DNA of 64,000 bases, taken from NCBI GenBank assembly GCA_045633685.1, contig JAZQYU010000057.1, forward strand, positions 16,978 through 80,977, read 5' to 3'. This stretch comes from Acutalibacteraceae bacterium (lineage in GTDB: Bacteria > Bacillota > Clostridia > Oscillospirales > Acutalibacteraceae). The notes under the pieces were generated by a model. It was not told where the DNA came from. It saw only the letters and a program-made list of their open reading frames with translations, and ran no database searches. Below are positions 48,652 to 58,254 of this stretch, in pieces (within the stretch, counting starts at the first letter, position 1; every line of letters starts with the position of its first letter). Made by a program: the position numbers and the translations under genes.

Positions 48652-50412
48652 TTAATTGGAATACATCTCGTACATACTTGCATAGATTCCGCCTTTTGCA
48701 ACCAGCTCCTTGTGGTTGCCCTGCTCCTCTATGCCGTTTTTGGTAAGGACGAGAATGTTATCTGCATTCTTTATAGTAGTCAATCTGTGAGCAATTGTCA
48801 AGGTCGTTCTGCCTTTTGACAGCTCTTCCAATGATTTTTGTATCAATTTTTCGCTTTCATTGTCAAGTGCAGAGGTTGCTTCGTCAAGAATGAGTATGGG
48901 CGGGTTCTTTAAAAACACTCTCGCAATGGACACTCTCTGCTTCTGTCCGCCTGAAAGCTTGACACCGCGCTCACCAACATAAGTATCATATCCGTTTTCA
49001 AGCTCAGTGATAAATTCGTGGGCGCCTGCCTTTTTGGCGGCGGCAATAATTTCTTCATCAGTTGCATCCTGCTTGCCGTAGGCAATGTTTTCTCTGATTG
49101 AGCCGGAGAAAAGATAAACATCCTGCTGAACGACACCGATGTTTTCACGAAGAGATGAAAGAGTGAAATCGTTGACATCAATGCCGTCAACGGTGATTCT
49201 GCCCTCGTTGATTTCATAAAAGCGTGGAATAAGGTTGCAGATTGTGGTTTTTCCGCCACCTGACGGGCCCACGATTGCAACGTTCTGACCCTTGGGGATG
49301 TGGATGTTGACATTGCTGAGAACATCATCAAGCTTTTCGGAATAAGCAAAGCTTACGTTTTCAAAGTGGATGTCACCCTCTACCTTTTCAATGTCACGTG
49401 CATTGGGGTTATCGATATCCTCAGGCTTCACATCCATAATTTCGGTAAAACGTTCAAAGCCTGTCATACCGCGCTGAAACTGCTCGCTGAACTGAATAAT
49501 CTGCCTGATACTGCCGAGAAGCGTGGAAACCATAAGCAGATATGCGGTCAGGTCTGCAGGCTTGATTTCATCGTTCATAATAAAAATCGCACCTACGCAC
49601 ACAACCATAATATACATAAGACCGTCAAAAAATCTCACCGTTGTGTGGAAGCCTGCCATGCTGAAATAAGCCGAACGCTTGACGGAGAAGAATTTTTTGT
49701 TGTTTTTGGCAAACTTCTCTTTTTCAACATCTTCATTTGCAAAGGATTTTACAACCCTGATGCCCAGAAGAGTATCTTCAACCCTTGAGTTGATTTCGCC
49801 AAGCTCGTGGCGCTGCTGCTTGAAGGCTTTTTTCATTCTTTCGCGGAAGGTTTTTGAAACAATCACCATCAGCGGCACCATAATGAACATTATAAGCGTC
49901 AGCTTCAGGTTGATGCTTGCAAGGTAGGCAAAGGAGCCGATAAACTTGAGTGAAGCTATAAAATATTCTTCCGGCGCGTGGTGAGAAAACTCCGAAATGT
50001 CAAAAAGGTCGGAGGTGATTCTCGACATAAGCTGCCCGATTTTTGTGTTGTCATAGTATGAATAAGGAAGTGTCTGCAAATGGGCAAACATATCGCGGCG
50101 CATATCCGTTTCCATTCGTGTGCCCATAATGTGACCGCCTGCCGCCATATAGTAGTTAGCGGCGCTGTCCAAAAGACGCAAAAACAGATAAAACCCTGCC
50201 ACCTTGCCGATGTAAGCAAGGGTGAGCAATTCAGGGTTGTTGATGCCGATTTCGGTAATATTGCGGGCAATAACCGGCAACGCAAGCTCGCACACAACGG
50301 TGAACGTTGCGCAGATTAAATCAAGCACAAGATACCAACCGTATTTTTTATAATAAGGAATAAATCTTTTAAGAAGCTTTATGCTTCCCGTTTTTCTTTT
50401 TTCTTCGGGCAT
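48652..50412 (-). CDS. ABC transporter, fused permease/ATP-binding (MsbA/multidrug-export type)
   Basis: The start is taken at ATG 50412 (GGAGGG RBS). The N-terminus is a six-helix TMD. Also present: Walker A GPSGGGKTT, the signature LSGGQKQR, and Walker B ILILDEATS. Confidence 0.85.
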   Translation of the reverse strand: MPEEKRKTGSIKLLKRFIPYYKKYGWYLVLDLICATFTVVCELALPVIARNITEIGINNPELLTLAYIGKVAGFYLFLRLLDSAANYYMAAGGHIMGTRMETDMRRDMFAHLQTLPYSYYDNTKIGQLMSRITSDLFDISEFSHHAPEEYFIASLKFIGSFAYLASINLKLTLIMFIMVPLMVIVSKTFRERMKKAFKQQRHELGEINSRVEDTLLGIRVVKSFANEDVEKEKFAKNNKKFFSVKRSAYFSMAGFHTTVRFFDGLMYIMVVCVGAIFIMNDEIKPADLTAYLLMVSTLLGSIRQIIQFSEQFQRGMTGFERFTEIMDVKPEDIDNPNARDIEKVEGDIHFENVSFAYSEKLDDVLSNVNIHIPKGQNVAIVGPSGGGKTTICNLIPRFYEINEGRITVDGIDVNDFTLSSLRENIGVVQQDVYLFSGSIRENIAYGKQDATDEEIIAAAKKAGAHEFITELENGYDTYVGERGVKLSGGQKQRVSIARVFLKNPPILILDEATSALDNESEKLIQKSLEELSKGRTTLTIAHRLTTIKNADNILVLTKNGIEEQGNHKELVAKGGIYASMYEMYSN

Positions 50413-50536
50413 TATATCCCTCCTCGGTTTTACTACCGTGTATTGTAACACAAAAAGAGTAAAAATTAAAGCAGATACTTGAAAAAGTTGCGCAAATTTG
50501 ATTTAATTGATGTATAAATTATTGGGGGGAATCTTA

Positions 50537-52072
50537 ATGTTTGCCAAAGTGAACAGTATGGGGCTTTTCGGTATGGACGCTTTTTCCGTTGAGGTTGAGG
50601 CAGATTTATCTCAGGGTATGCCCAAGTTTGAAATTGTGGGTCTGCCCGACACGGCCGTCAGCGAGGCCAAGGACAGAGTGCGTTCTGCGATTAAAAACAA
50701 CGGCTTCACCTTCCCCGTGAGCCGTATTACCGTTAACCTCGCCCCTGCCGACACCCGCAAAGAAGGCCCCCTCTATGACCTTGCTATTTTTGTTGCGCTG
50801 CTTGTTGCAACGGGGCAAATACGCGCTTCAACGGATGAATATGCTTTTCTGGGCGAGCTTGCCCTCAACGGGCAAATCCGCAAGGTCAACGGCGTTTTGC
50901 CAATGGTCATCAGGGCAAGAGATTCAGGGCTTAAAGCCGTTTTTGTTCCCAAAGAAAATGCTCTCGAAGGCTCAGTTGTCAAGGGTATTGACGTACTTCC
51001 CGTTGAGCACGTTTACGAGGTGGTCAACCACATTCACGGTGTTGAAAAGATTGCACCCTGTCTCCCCCATTCCAACCCTTCAGATTCGCTGAGATTTGCC
51101 CCCGACTTTGCCGATGTCAAGGGTCAGCTTGAAGCAAGACGCGCCCTTGAGGTTGCAGCCGCAGGCGGACACAACGTGATTATGCTGGGGCCTCCCGGCT
51201 CAGGCAAAAGTATGCTTGCAAAAAGGCTCCCCTCAATTCTGCCGTCAATGACATTTGAGGAAAGCCTTGAAACCACAAAAATTTATTCTGTTGCAGGGGT
51301 GCTGCCCGACGATGTTTCACTCATCACCGACAGACCCTTCCGTTCCCCTCACCATTCGGTTTCGCCCGTTGGTCTTTCAGGCGGCGGAACAGGCAAGACT
51401 CTGCGACCCGGTGAGATTTCGCTTGCGCACAACGGCGTTCTTTTTCTTGATGAATTGCCTGAATTCAACCGCAACGTGCTTGAGGTTTTGCGACAGCCCC
51501 TTGAGGATGAAAAAATTGTTATTTCCCGAGTTATGGGCACTGTTGCTTACCCCTGCTCGGTTATGCTTGTGTGCGCTATGAACCCTTGCCCCTGTGGTTT
51601 TTACGGTCATCCCTCCAAGCCCTGCACCTGCCCCAAAGGCGCGGCGCAAAAATATCTGTCACGCATTTCAGGTCCCTTGCTTGACCGAATTGATATTCAC
51701 ATTGAAGTGCCACCCGTGGACTTTGACAAGCTTTCCGACACCGAAAAGGGTGAAAGCTCCGCCGAAATCCGTCAGCGCGTTGACTATGCCCGCAAAATTC
51801 AGCAGCGCCGCCTTGAAGGCACAGGGGTCACCAGCAATGCCCATATGCCCGCCGGTCTCACAAGAGAGCTTTGCCGACCAACCGACAAGGCTATGGAACT
51901 GCTTGAAAACGCCTTCCGCCGACTCGGGCTTTCAGCAAGAGCTTATGACAAAATTCTGCGTGTTTCACGCACAATAGCCGACCTTGACGGCAGCGATACA
52001 ATTGAACCGCGACACATTGCAGAAGCAATTCAATACCGTTCCCTGGACCGCAAATTCTGGGAAAGGACATAA
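50537..52072 (+). CDS. comM: YifB/ComM family Mg-chelatase-like ATPase
   Basis: MFAKVNSMGLFGMDAFSVEVEADLSQGMPKFEIVGLPD, Walker A GPPGSGKS and FLDELPEF. Confidence 0.9.
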   Translation: MFAKVNSMGLFGMDAFSVEVEADLSQGMPKFEIVGLPDTAVSEAKDRVRSAIKNNGFTFPVSRITVNLAPADTRKEGPLYDLAIFVALLVATGQIRASTDEYAFLGELALNGQIRKVNGVLPMVIRARDSGLKAVFVPKENALEGSVVKGIDVLPVEHVYEVVNHIHGVEKIAPCLPHSNPSDSLRFAPDFADVKGQLEARRALEVAAAGGHNVIMLGPPGSGKSMLAKRLPSILPSMTFEESLETTKIYSVAGVLPDDVSLITDRPFRSPHHSVSPVGLSGGGTGKTLRPGEISLAHNGVLFLDELPEFNRNVLEVLRQPLEDEKIVISRVMGTVAYPCSVMLVCAMNPCPCGFYGHPSKPCTCPKGAAQKYLSRISGPLLDRIDIHIEVPPVDFDKLSDTEKGESSAEIRQRVDYARKIQQRRLEGTGVTSNAHMPAGLTRELCRPTDKAMELLENAFRRLGLSARAYDKILRVSRTIADLDGSDTIEPRHIAEAIQYRSLDRKFWERT

Positions 52073-52165
52073 AAATGCGTTTCACCCGATGTTGACAAAA
52101 TCCGACAGTTATGGTAATCTCTCATAACAAAGTCTCGGACTTTGAAAATCGAAAGGGGAAATAAT

Positions 52166-52969
52166 ATGAAAAACAAAAATCTACCGAAAATCATTGCTCT
52201 TGCCGTGTGCGCCGTTGTCGTTATCGCGGTGCTTGCCACAAGCTTCACCGTGGTCAAAGCAGGTCACACAGGTGTTGTTCTCACCTTCGGCGCTGTTGAA
52301 GACAAGGTGCTTGAAGAAGGTCTTCACTTCAAGGCTCCCATTGTGCAGAGCGTTGTGCAAATGAACAACCGCACTCAGAAAATCGAAACCGACGGCACCG
52401 CTTCTTCCAAAGACCTTCAGATAATCTCTTACGTTGTTGCGGTTAACTTCCACGTTAACAATACCTCTTCCGCCACTCTTTATCAGAGCGTTGGTATGGA
52501 TTACGGCTCAGTTATCATCGTGCCCGCAATTCAGGAAAGCATCAAGGCTGTGACCGCACAGTACACCGCAGAGGAGCTTATCACAAAGCGTCAGTCCGTC
52601 GGCGACCAGATTAAGACCGCACTTTCCGACAAAATCAATCAATACGGTCTCACCGTTGAAATTTTCAACATTGTAAACTTTGATTTTTCCGAAGAATTCA
52701 ATGCCGCTGTTGAAGCAAAGCAGACTGCTCAGCAGAATGCACTCAAGGCTGAACAGGACCTTGCCCGCATTGAGGTTGAAGCAAAGCAGAAAATTACTCA
52801 GGCAGAGGCCGAGGCCGAAAGTATCAAGCTCATTCAGGAAGCACTTGCAAAATCACCCGACTACGTTGACTATGTAAAATGGAACAAGTGGAACGGCGAG
52901 CTTCCTTCGGTTATGGGCGAAAGCGACATTCTTCTCAGTATGGACGAGCTTAAAAAGAAGGCTGAATAA
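52166..52969 (+). CDS. SPFH/prohibitin (band 7) family protein
   Basis: It has an N-terminal TM helix, then VVKAGHTGVVLTFG and a C-terminal coiled-coil (AEQDLARIEVEAKQKITQAEAEAE). Confidence 0.85.
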   Translation: MKNKNLPKIIALAVCAVVVIAVLATSFTVVKAGHTGVVLTFGAVEDKVLEEGLHFKAPIVQSVVQMNNRTQKIETDGTASSKDLQIISYVVAVNFHVNNTSSATLYQSVGMDYGSVIIVPAIQESIKAVTAQYTAEELITKRQSVGDQIKTALSDKINQYGLTVEIFNIVNFDFSEEFNAAVEAKQTAQQNALKAEQDLARIEVEAKQKITQAEAEAESIKLIQEALAKSPDYVDYVKWNKWNGELPSVMGESDILLSMDELKKKAE

Positions 52970-52983
52970 TCAGGCAAAATTTT

Positions 52984-53021
52984 CACGGGTCGATGAAATT
53001 CATCGACCCGTGTTTTTTGTT
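52984..53021 (+). terminator. Rho-independent terminator (ancestrally shared with convergent argS)
   Basis: CACGGGTCGATGAA / TTCATCGACCCGTG is followed by TTTTTTGTT. Confidence 0.65.
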
Positions 53022-53024
53022 ATT

Positions 53025-53050
53025 ATTACATACTCTCGGGGACAGTGATT
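53025..53050 (-). repeat. Orphan duplicate of the last 7 codons plus stop of argS (left direct repeat of the DUF559 insertion)
   Basis: attacatactctcggggacagtgatt here versus attacatactctcgggaactgtgatt at 53509-53534, a 24/26 match. Both read ITVPESM* on the minus strand, and the two differences are synonymous. Confidence 0.8.
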
Positions 53051-53508
53051 ATGGCTCCCTTGTGTAAAGGGAGCTGTCAGCGAAGCTGACTGAGGGATTG
53101 TTTAACAACAGTATCAATGTATTCGCATACGCCTTCAAAATTGCTGTGAATTTCACTATTGGGTATTCTTATAACCCTTAACCCGTATCCCTCAAGAAAC
53201 GCTGTTCTTATCTCATCGCTTATCTGTTCTTCATCTGTGTAATGCTGTGAGCCGTCAAGCTCGATAACTAATTTTGCTTCGGCAGAATAAAAGTCTGCAA
53301 TATATTTTCCTAACACTTTTTGTCTGGAAAATCTGACCTGATATGTTCTGAGAAAATCATACCAAAGATGTTTTTCTTCTTTAGTCATATTTTTACGAAG
53401 CATTTTTGCGGCAGGAACTATCGCTTTGTTGTGTTTTCTCTGCATTACAATCCCTCCGTCTTTTGCTTCGCAAAATCCACCTCCCTTTACACAAGGGAGG
53501 CTTTTTAA
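53051..53508 (-). mobile_element. 458-bp insertion carrying a DUF559 endonuclease gene, bounded by roughly 50-bp double-hairpin inverted repeats
   Basis: The left arm (53054-53101) is GCTCCCTTgtgtaAAGGGAGC TGTCAGCgaaGCTGAC TGAGGGATTGT. The right arm (reverse complement of 53448-53500) is CCTCCCTTgtgtaAAGGGAGG TGGATTTTGCgaaGCAAAAGACGGAGGGATTGT. It is flanked by the 26-bp argS-tail direct repeats. Confidence 0.7.
53077..53445 (-). CDS. DUF559 domain endonuclease (Vsr/PD-(D/E)xK-like)
   Basis: The start is taken at ATG 53445 (GGAGGG 6 nt upstream, inside the right arm). The sequence LRKNMTKEEKHLWYDFLRTYQVRFSRQKVLGKYIADFYSAEAKLVIELDGSQH..RTAFLEGYGLRVIRI is the classic DUF559 pattern. The track's longer ORF (to 53553) would overlap argS. 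Confidence 0.85.
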   Translation of the reverse strand: MQRKHNKAIVPAAKMLRKNMTKEEKHLWYDFLRTYQVRFSRQKVLGKYIADFYSAEAKLVIELDGSQHYTDEEQISDEIRTAFLEGYGLRVIRIPNSEIHSNFEGVCEYIDTVVKQSLSQLR

Positions 53509-53509
53509 A

Positions 53510-55255
53510 TTACATACTCTCGGGAACTGTGATTCTGAGCATTTCGAGAACATTTTTAACCGTATCTCTTACACAGGCACAAAGATAAATTCTTGCCTGC
53601 ATAAGATTTTCATCGTCGCACTGAACTCTGCATGAGTTGTAGAACTTATGGAAAAGTGTTGCAAGCTCAACAACATATCTTGTAATTCTTGCAGGGTCAT
53701 AGTTCTTGGCGGCTGTTACAATTTCACTTGTGAGTGAAGCAAGGTGACGGATGAGCTCTTTTTCTTCCTCTGCAACAAGAAGCTTAAGGTCTTCAACAGA
53801 GCAGTCTCTCACTTCAATGCCATCTGCGGCAAGCTTTTTGAAAATACTGCAGATTCTTGCGTGAGCATACTGACAATAATAAACAGGATTCTTTGAGCTC
53901 TGTTCAACTGCCAGATCAAGGTCAAACTCCATCTGTGAGCCGGGCTCTCTCATATTGAAAAGGAAGCGGACTGCATCGATAGGAATTTCTTCAAGCAAAT
54001 CAACAAGAGTGATTGCCTTGCCTGTTCTCTTTGACATTCTCACAACCTCACCGTCACGAGTAAGACGAACAAGCTGCATAAGAATAACCTTAAGTCTGTC
54101 GCCGCCAACGCCGATTGCATCGAGGGCACCCTGCATTCTTGCAACGTGACCGTGATGGTCTGCGCCCCAGATGTCGATAGCTGTGTCAAATTTTCTCACT
54201 TCAAGCTTGTTTCTGTGGTAAGCAATATCTGCGGCAAAATATGTGGGAATACCGTTTGCCCTGATAAGAACATCATCTTTGAGCTCAAGCTTGTCGATCT
54301 CGTCCTGAGTTTTACCTGCTTCGAGAAGCTTTTTGGTCTGAATTTCGATATTTTTGTACCACAAAGCACCGTCTTTTTCGTAGGTGTAGCCGTTCTTTGT
54401 GAGAAGGTCGATTGTGTCCATAACCTCACCGCCGTTGTGAAGCACGCTTTCTTTGAACCAAGTGTCATACTCAATGCGGTATTTTGTGAGGTTATCCTTC
54501 ATTGCCTGAATATTTTTGGGAAGAGCAAACTCTGTGAGTGCGGCTCTTCTCTCTTCCTGAGTGGCGTCAATATATTTGTCACCGTAAACATCTGCAAATT
54601 CCTGAGCTCTCACCTTGATATCTTCACCGTGATAGCTGTCTTCGGGAAGCTCAACGGCTTCCTCACCCTTGTAAATCTGCTGATATCTGATATCAAGTGA
54701 AAGGGCAAATTTTTCAATCTGGTTGCCTGCGTCGTTGATGTAAAATTCTTTTTCTACTTCATAGCCTGCATAGTCAAGCACAGCGGCAAGGCAGTCACCA
54801 AGTGCGCCGCCGCGAGCGTTACCCATATGCATAGGACCTGTGGGGTTGGCAGAAACAAACTCAACGTTTATTCTCTTGCCCTCGCCGAAATCTGAACGGC
54901 CGTAATCCTTGCCCTTTGCCTTAACATCCATAAGAATTGCGGCATAATAGCTGCCGTCAAGATAAAAGTTAAGGAAACCGGGGCCTGCACACTCACAGCG
55001 TGCAAAATATGTACCCTCCAGAGAAATATTGGCAACTATTGCGTCAGCAATTTTGCGGGGAGCGCTTCTCAACTCTCTTGCCCAAGCCATAGCCGCGTTG
55101 GTGGAAAAATCACCGTTTGCGCTGTCGGCAGGAATTTCAACATTAAACGCAGTCTGAGGAACAGCGCTGACCTCACCCTTTTCAAAAGCCTTGGTGATAG
55201 CGTTCATAACACATTCGCGAAGCTGTGACTGCACCTGATTTACAATATAGCTCAT
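53510..55255 (-). CDS. argS: Arginine--tRNA ligase
   Basis: The HIGH-type motif reads SANPTGPMHMGNARG and the KMSKS position reads MSKRTG. The DALR anticodon-binding C-terminus ends ITVPESM. Confidence 0.95.
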   Translation of the reverse strand: MSYIVNQVQSQLRECVMNAITKAFEKGEVSAVPQTAFNVEIPADSANGDFSTNAAMAWARELRSAPRKIADAIVANISLEGTYFARCECAGPGFLNFYLDGSYYAAILMDVKAKGKDYGRSDFGEGKRINVEFVSANPTGPMHMGNARGGALGDCLAAVLDYAGYEVEKEFYINDAGNQIEKFALSLDIRYQQIYKGEEAVELPEDSYHGEDIKVRAQEFADVYGDKYIDATQEERRAALTEFALPKNIQAMKDNLTKYRIEYDTWFKESVLHNGGEVMDTIDLLTKNGYTYEKDGALWYKNIEIQTKKLLEAGKTQDEIDKLELKDDVLIRANGIPTYFAADIAYHRNKLEVRKFDTAIDIWGADHHGHVARMQGALDAIGVGGDRLKVILMQLVRLTRDGEVVRMSKRTGKAITLVDLLEEIPIDAVRFLFNMREPGSQMEFDLDLAVEQSSKNPVYYCQYAHARICSIFKKLAADGIEVRDCSVEDLKLLVAEEEKELIRHLASLTSEIVTAAKNYDPARITRYVVELATLFHKFYNSCRVQCDDENLMQARIYLCACVRDTVKNVLEMLRITVPESM

Positions 55256-55259
55256 TTTA

Positions 55260-55670
55260 TCAACCTCTTTTTATCGTAATCTTCAATTTATTTTCGCTCA
55301 GCTCATCACCTGCGGCAGAAAGAGTATATCCGAATTCCAGCACTCCTCCGTTTTTGGTCACGGCTGATTTAACTTCTTTTGTATATACACCCAGATCCAT
55401 TATGCCCACGGGGGTAGCATAGGCGCAGGGGTGTAACTTTCCTTCTTCCATAATCATTTCGGTGGTGAGTGCACCTTTTCGGGTCATTGTCACCTTGTTG
55501 CCCTCAACGCTGAGCGTAACAAAGCAACCCTCATAGCCCTCGCCCTCTTCACGGTAACGCACCTTGTAGCCGTCATCGGCAAAGGTAAAATTACCCTGAA
55601 CAAGAGTTTCTGCGCCTTCTTTGTCACCGTCAATGATATGGGTATCTTCAATCTTAATTATGCACTTCAT
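55260..55670 (-). CDS. DUF1934 domain protein (YwiB-like, commonly upstream of argS)
   Basis: MKCIIKIEDTHIIDGDKE..YKVRYREE... It sits 4 nt upstream of argS. Confidence 0.75.
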   Translation of the reverse strand: MKCIIKIEDTHIIDGDKEGAETLVQGNFTFADDGYKVRYREEGEGYEGCFVTLSVEGNKVTMTRKGALTTEMIMEEGKLHPCAYATPVGIMDLGVYTKEVKSAVTKNGGVLEFGYTLSAAGDELSENKLKITIKRG

Positions 55671-56734
55671 TTTGTCCACTTTTCCATTGCAAAGCAAATG
55701 AGCCTGTCAACAAGCTCGCCGTAAGGAATTCCCGAAGCGGCAAAAAGCTTTGAATACATACTGATTGATGTGAAGCCGGGAATGGTGTTGGGCTCATTGA
55801 GCATAACAGCACCGTCGCTGTGACGCACGAAGAAGTCAACTCGTGCAAGTCCGCTGCAGCCCAGAGCCTTGTAGGCATTGACTGCGGCACGGCGCACCTC
55901 CTCCGCCTTCTCTTCAGAAATACGGGCAGGGATATAGAGATTGCTTGCGGAATTTATGTATTTTGCGTCAAAATCATAAAAGTCGTTGCAAGCCTCAATT
56001 TCACCAACAACAGAGGCCATGGGCTCTTCGTTGCCAAGCACGGCAACCTCAACCTCTGCGCCCGCAATGCCCTCTTCAAGCACAAGCTTTGAATCCTCTC
56101 TGAACGCTTTGAGGATTGCTTCATCAAGGCTTTTTTTGTCGGTAGCCTTGCTCACGCCCACCGAGGAGCCTGCATTGGCAGGCTTAACAAAAATGGGGAA
56201 GCCGAGATATTCCTCCGCCTTTGTGAGAATCGGTTCTTTTTCTTTTAAATAGTCATATTCCTTAACACCGAGCCACTTTGCCTGAGGAATTCCTGCGGCA
56301 TCGGCAAGAGTATTGGTATAAACCTTATCCATACAGCAGGCTGATGAAATCATATCACAGCCAACATAAGGAATGCCTGCAAGCTGAAGCATACCCTGAA
56401 TTGTGCCGTCTTCACCGTTTTTGCCGTGAAGCACGGGAAAAACAACATCAATTCTGATTTTTTTAACCTCATCACCAAAAACAACAATTCCGTGGTCTGC
56501 ATGTGAAAGTGAAATTGTTGCAGGGGTGATGTTTTCTTTATCTTCGAGCCATTTGTCTTCGGGAAGAGCTTCAACGCTTCCGCTGTAAAGGTACCATTCA
56601 CCGTCTTTGGTGATTCCCATAAGAACAGGCTCATATTTATCTTTCGGAATATTTTCAATAACCGATTTTGCCGAAATCAGCGAAATATCATGTTCACTTG
56701 AAACACCGCCGAAAAGCACAAGAACTTTTTTCAT
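55667..56734 (-). CDS. ddl: D-alanine--D-alanine ligase
   Basis: MKKVLVLFGGVSSEHDISLISA, HGKNGEDGTIQG, and EPNTIPGFT at the C-terminal end. The ATG at 56734 is preferred (AAAGAGG RBS). Confidence 0.93.
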   Translation of the reverse strand: MKKVLVLFGGVSSEHDISLISAKSVIENIPKDKYEPVLMGITKDGEWYLYSGSVEALPEDKWLEDKENITPATISLSHADHGIVVFGDEVKKIRIDVVFPVLHGKNGEDGTIQGMLQLAGIPYVGCDMISSACCMDKVYTNTLADAAGIPQAKWLGVKEYDYLKEKEPILTKAEEYLGFPIFVKPANAGSSVGVSKATDKKSLDEAILKAFREDSKLVLEEGIAGAEVEVAVLGNEEPMASVVGEIEACNDFYDFDAKYINSASNLYIPARISEEKAEEVRRAAVNAYKALGCSGLARVDFFVRHSDGAVMLNEPNTIPGFTSISMYSKLFAASGIPYGELVDRLICFAMEKWTK

Positions 56735-56751
56735 TATTTTTGCCTCTTTCA

Positions 56752-58158
56752 TTACGCTTCAAAAAATTTAAGAAATGCCTTTTTGGCCATATAAACGTCA
56801 AGCTTGGAAACAACCTCAAAGGGGGCGTGCATTGAAAGCACGGGAACACCAACATCAACAACATCAACATTCATATTGGCAATAAATTTGGCAACCGTTC
56901 CGCCGCCGCCTTCGTCAACCTTGCCAAGCTCACCCAACTGCCAATTGACTGCACCGTTGTCAAAAATTCTTGCAACCTCACCCACAAACTCTGCGCTGGC
57001 ATCGGATGTTCCGCCCTTTCCGCCTGAGCCTGTGTATTTGGTAACAACAATGCCCTTGTTAATGAATGATGCATTCATGGGGTCAAGCACATGGGCAAAG
57101 GTGGGGTCAAATGCAGCATTAACATCGGCTGAAAGGCACTTTGATTTTGAAAGCACATCTCTGCCCATAAGACCTTCTGCCCTGCCAAGGTCTGCAAGGA
57201 AAAATCTGAGATAATCTGACTGAAGGCCGGTGTTACCCATTGAGCCTGTTTCTTCCTTGTCTGCAAGCACGGTAACGGCTGTGTATTCAGGTGCACCGTC
57301 AAGCTCAAAAATTGCCTGAAGAGCGGGGTAAGCGCAAACGCGGTCATCGTGGCCGTAGCCGCCGATCATACTGCGGTCAAAGCCGATATCCGAAACGGGC
57401 ATTGCAGGCACAGCCTCAAGCTCGGCTGTGAGAAAATCTCTTTCAACAATGCCGTATTTTTCATTGAGAATTTTCATAATATTGAGCTTCACAAGCTCGC
57501 TGCCTGAGTCACTCTTGAAGGGAAGTGAGCCAACGAGAATGTTAAGCTCCTCACCCTTGATAACCTCGCGGGCGTTTCTTTCCATCTGGCTTTTGCCAAG
57601 GTGGGGAAGAAGGTCGGTGATAACAAACTGAGGATCGCCCTCGTTTTCACCGATGTTAACATTAACGATTGAACCGTCTCTTTTAACCACAACACCGTGA
57701 AGTGAAAGAGGGATCGTTACCCACTGGTACTTTTTAACTCCGCCATAGTAGTGGGTTTTGAAAAGTGCTATTTCCTTATCCTCATAAAGTGGGTTGGGTT
57801 TAAGGTCAAGACGGGGAGAATCGATGTGGGCGGCGGCAATTCTCACGCCTTCGCCAACACTCTTTTTGCCCATAACAGCAAGGATGATTGCCTTGCCGCG
57901 GTTAACGCAATAAATCTTATCTCCCGCCTTGTAGGCTTTGGTATTGTCAAATTCTTCAAAGCCCTGCTCTTTTGCGGCGGCAACAGCATATTCGGTTGCT
58001 TCGCGCTCGGTTTTGCAGGCATTGAGGAACTTTTTGTAGCCCTCGCAGAATTCAAAAGCAACTGACATTTCTGCGTCATCAATCACCTTTGCGGTATGCT
58101 GATTTTCCATAAAAAGCTCTTCCTTAAGGAGCTCAACCTCTGATTTTTCTTTTGACAT
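56752..58158 (-). CDS. M18 family aminopeptidase
   Basis: AAHIDSPRLDLKP, GYGHDDRVCAY, DKEETGS, and MHAP near the C-terminus. Confidence 0.85.
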   Translation of the reverse strand: MSKEKSEVELLKEELFMENQHTAKVIDDAEMSVAFEFCEGYKKFLNACKTEREATEYAVAAAKEQGFEEFDNTKAYKAGDKIYCVNRGKAIILAVMGKKSVGEGVRIAAAHIDSPRLDLKPNPLYEDKEIALFKTHYYGGVKKYQWVTIPLSLHGVVVKRDGSIVNVNIGENEGDPQFVITDLLPHLGKSQMERNAREVIKGEELNILVGSLPFKSDSGSELVKLNIMKILNEKYGIVERDFLTAELEAVPAMPVSDIGFDRSMIGGYGHDDRVCAYPALQAIFELDGAPEYTAVTVLADKEETGSMGNTGLQSDYLRFFLADLGRAEGLMGRDVLSKSKCLSADVNAAFDPTFAHVLDPMNASFINKGIVVTKYTGSGGKGGTSDASAEFVGEVARIFDNGAVNWQLGELGKVDEGGGGTVAKFIANMNVDVVDVGVPVLSMHAPFEVVSKLDVYMAKKAFLKFFEA

Positions 58159-58254
58159 AATGGTACCTCCCGAAAACAAAAATATCTGTCGGTTTATATT
58201 AAAAATTTATTTTTTCTTCTCTTTGTTTGCGACAAGTTTTTACTCAACCCCGGG

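Noticed and set aside
53446-53553. N-terminal 36 codons of the track's 158-aa DUF559 ORF
   Set aside because: This extension would overlap the argS 3' end and runs through the inverted-repeat arm (giving the peptide SLPCVKGGGFCEAKDGG). The ATG at 53445 has a strong RBS and yields the normal DUF559 length.
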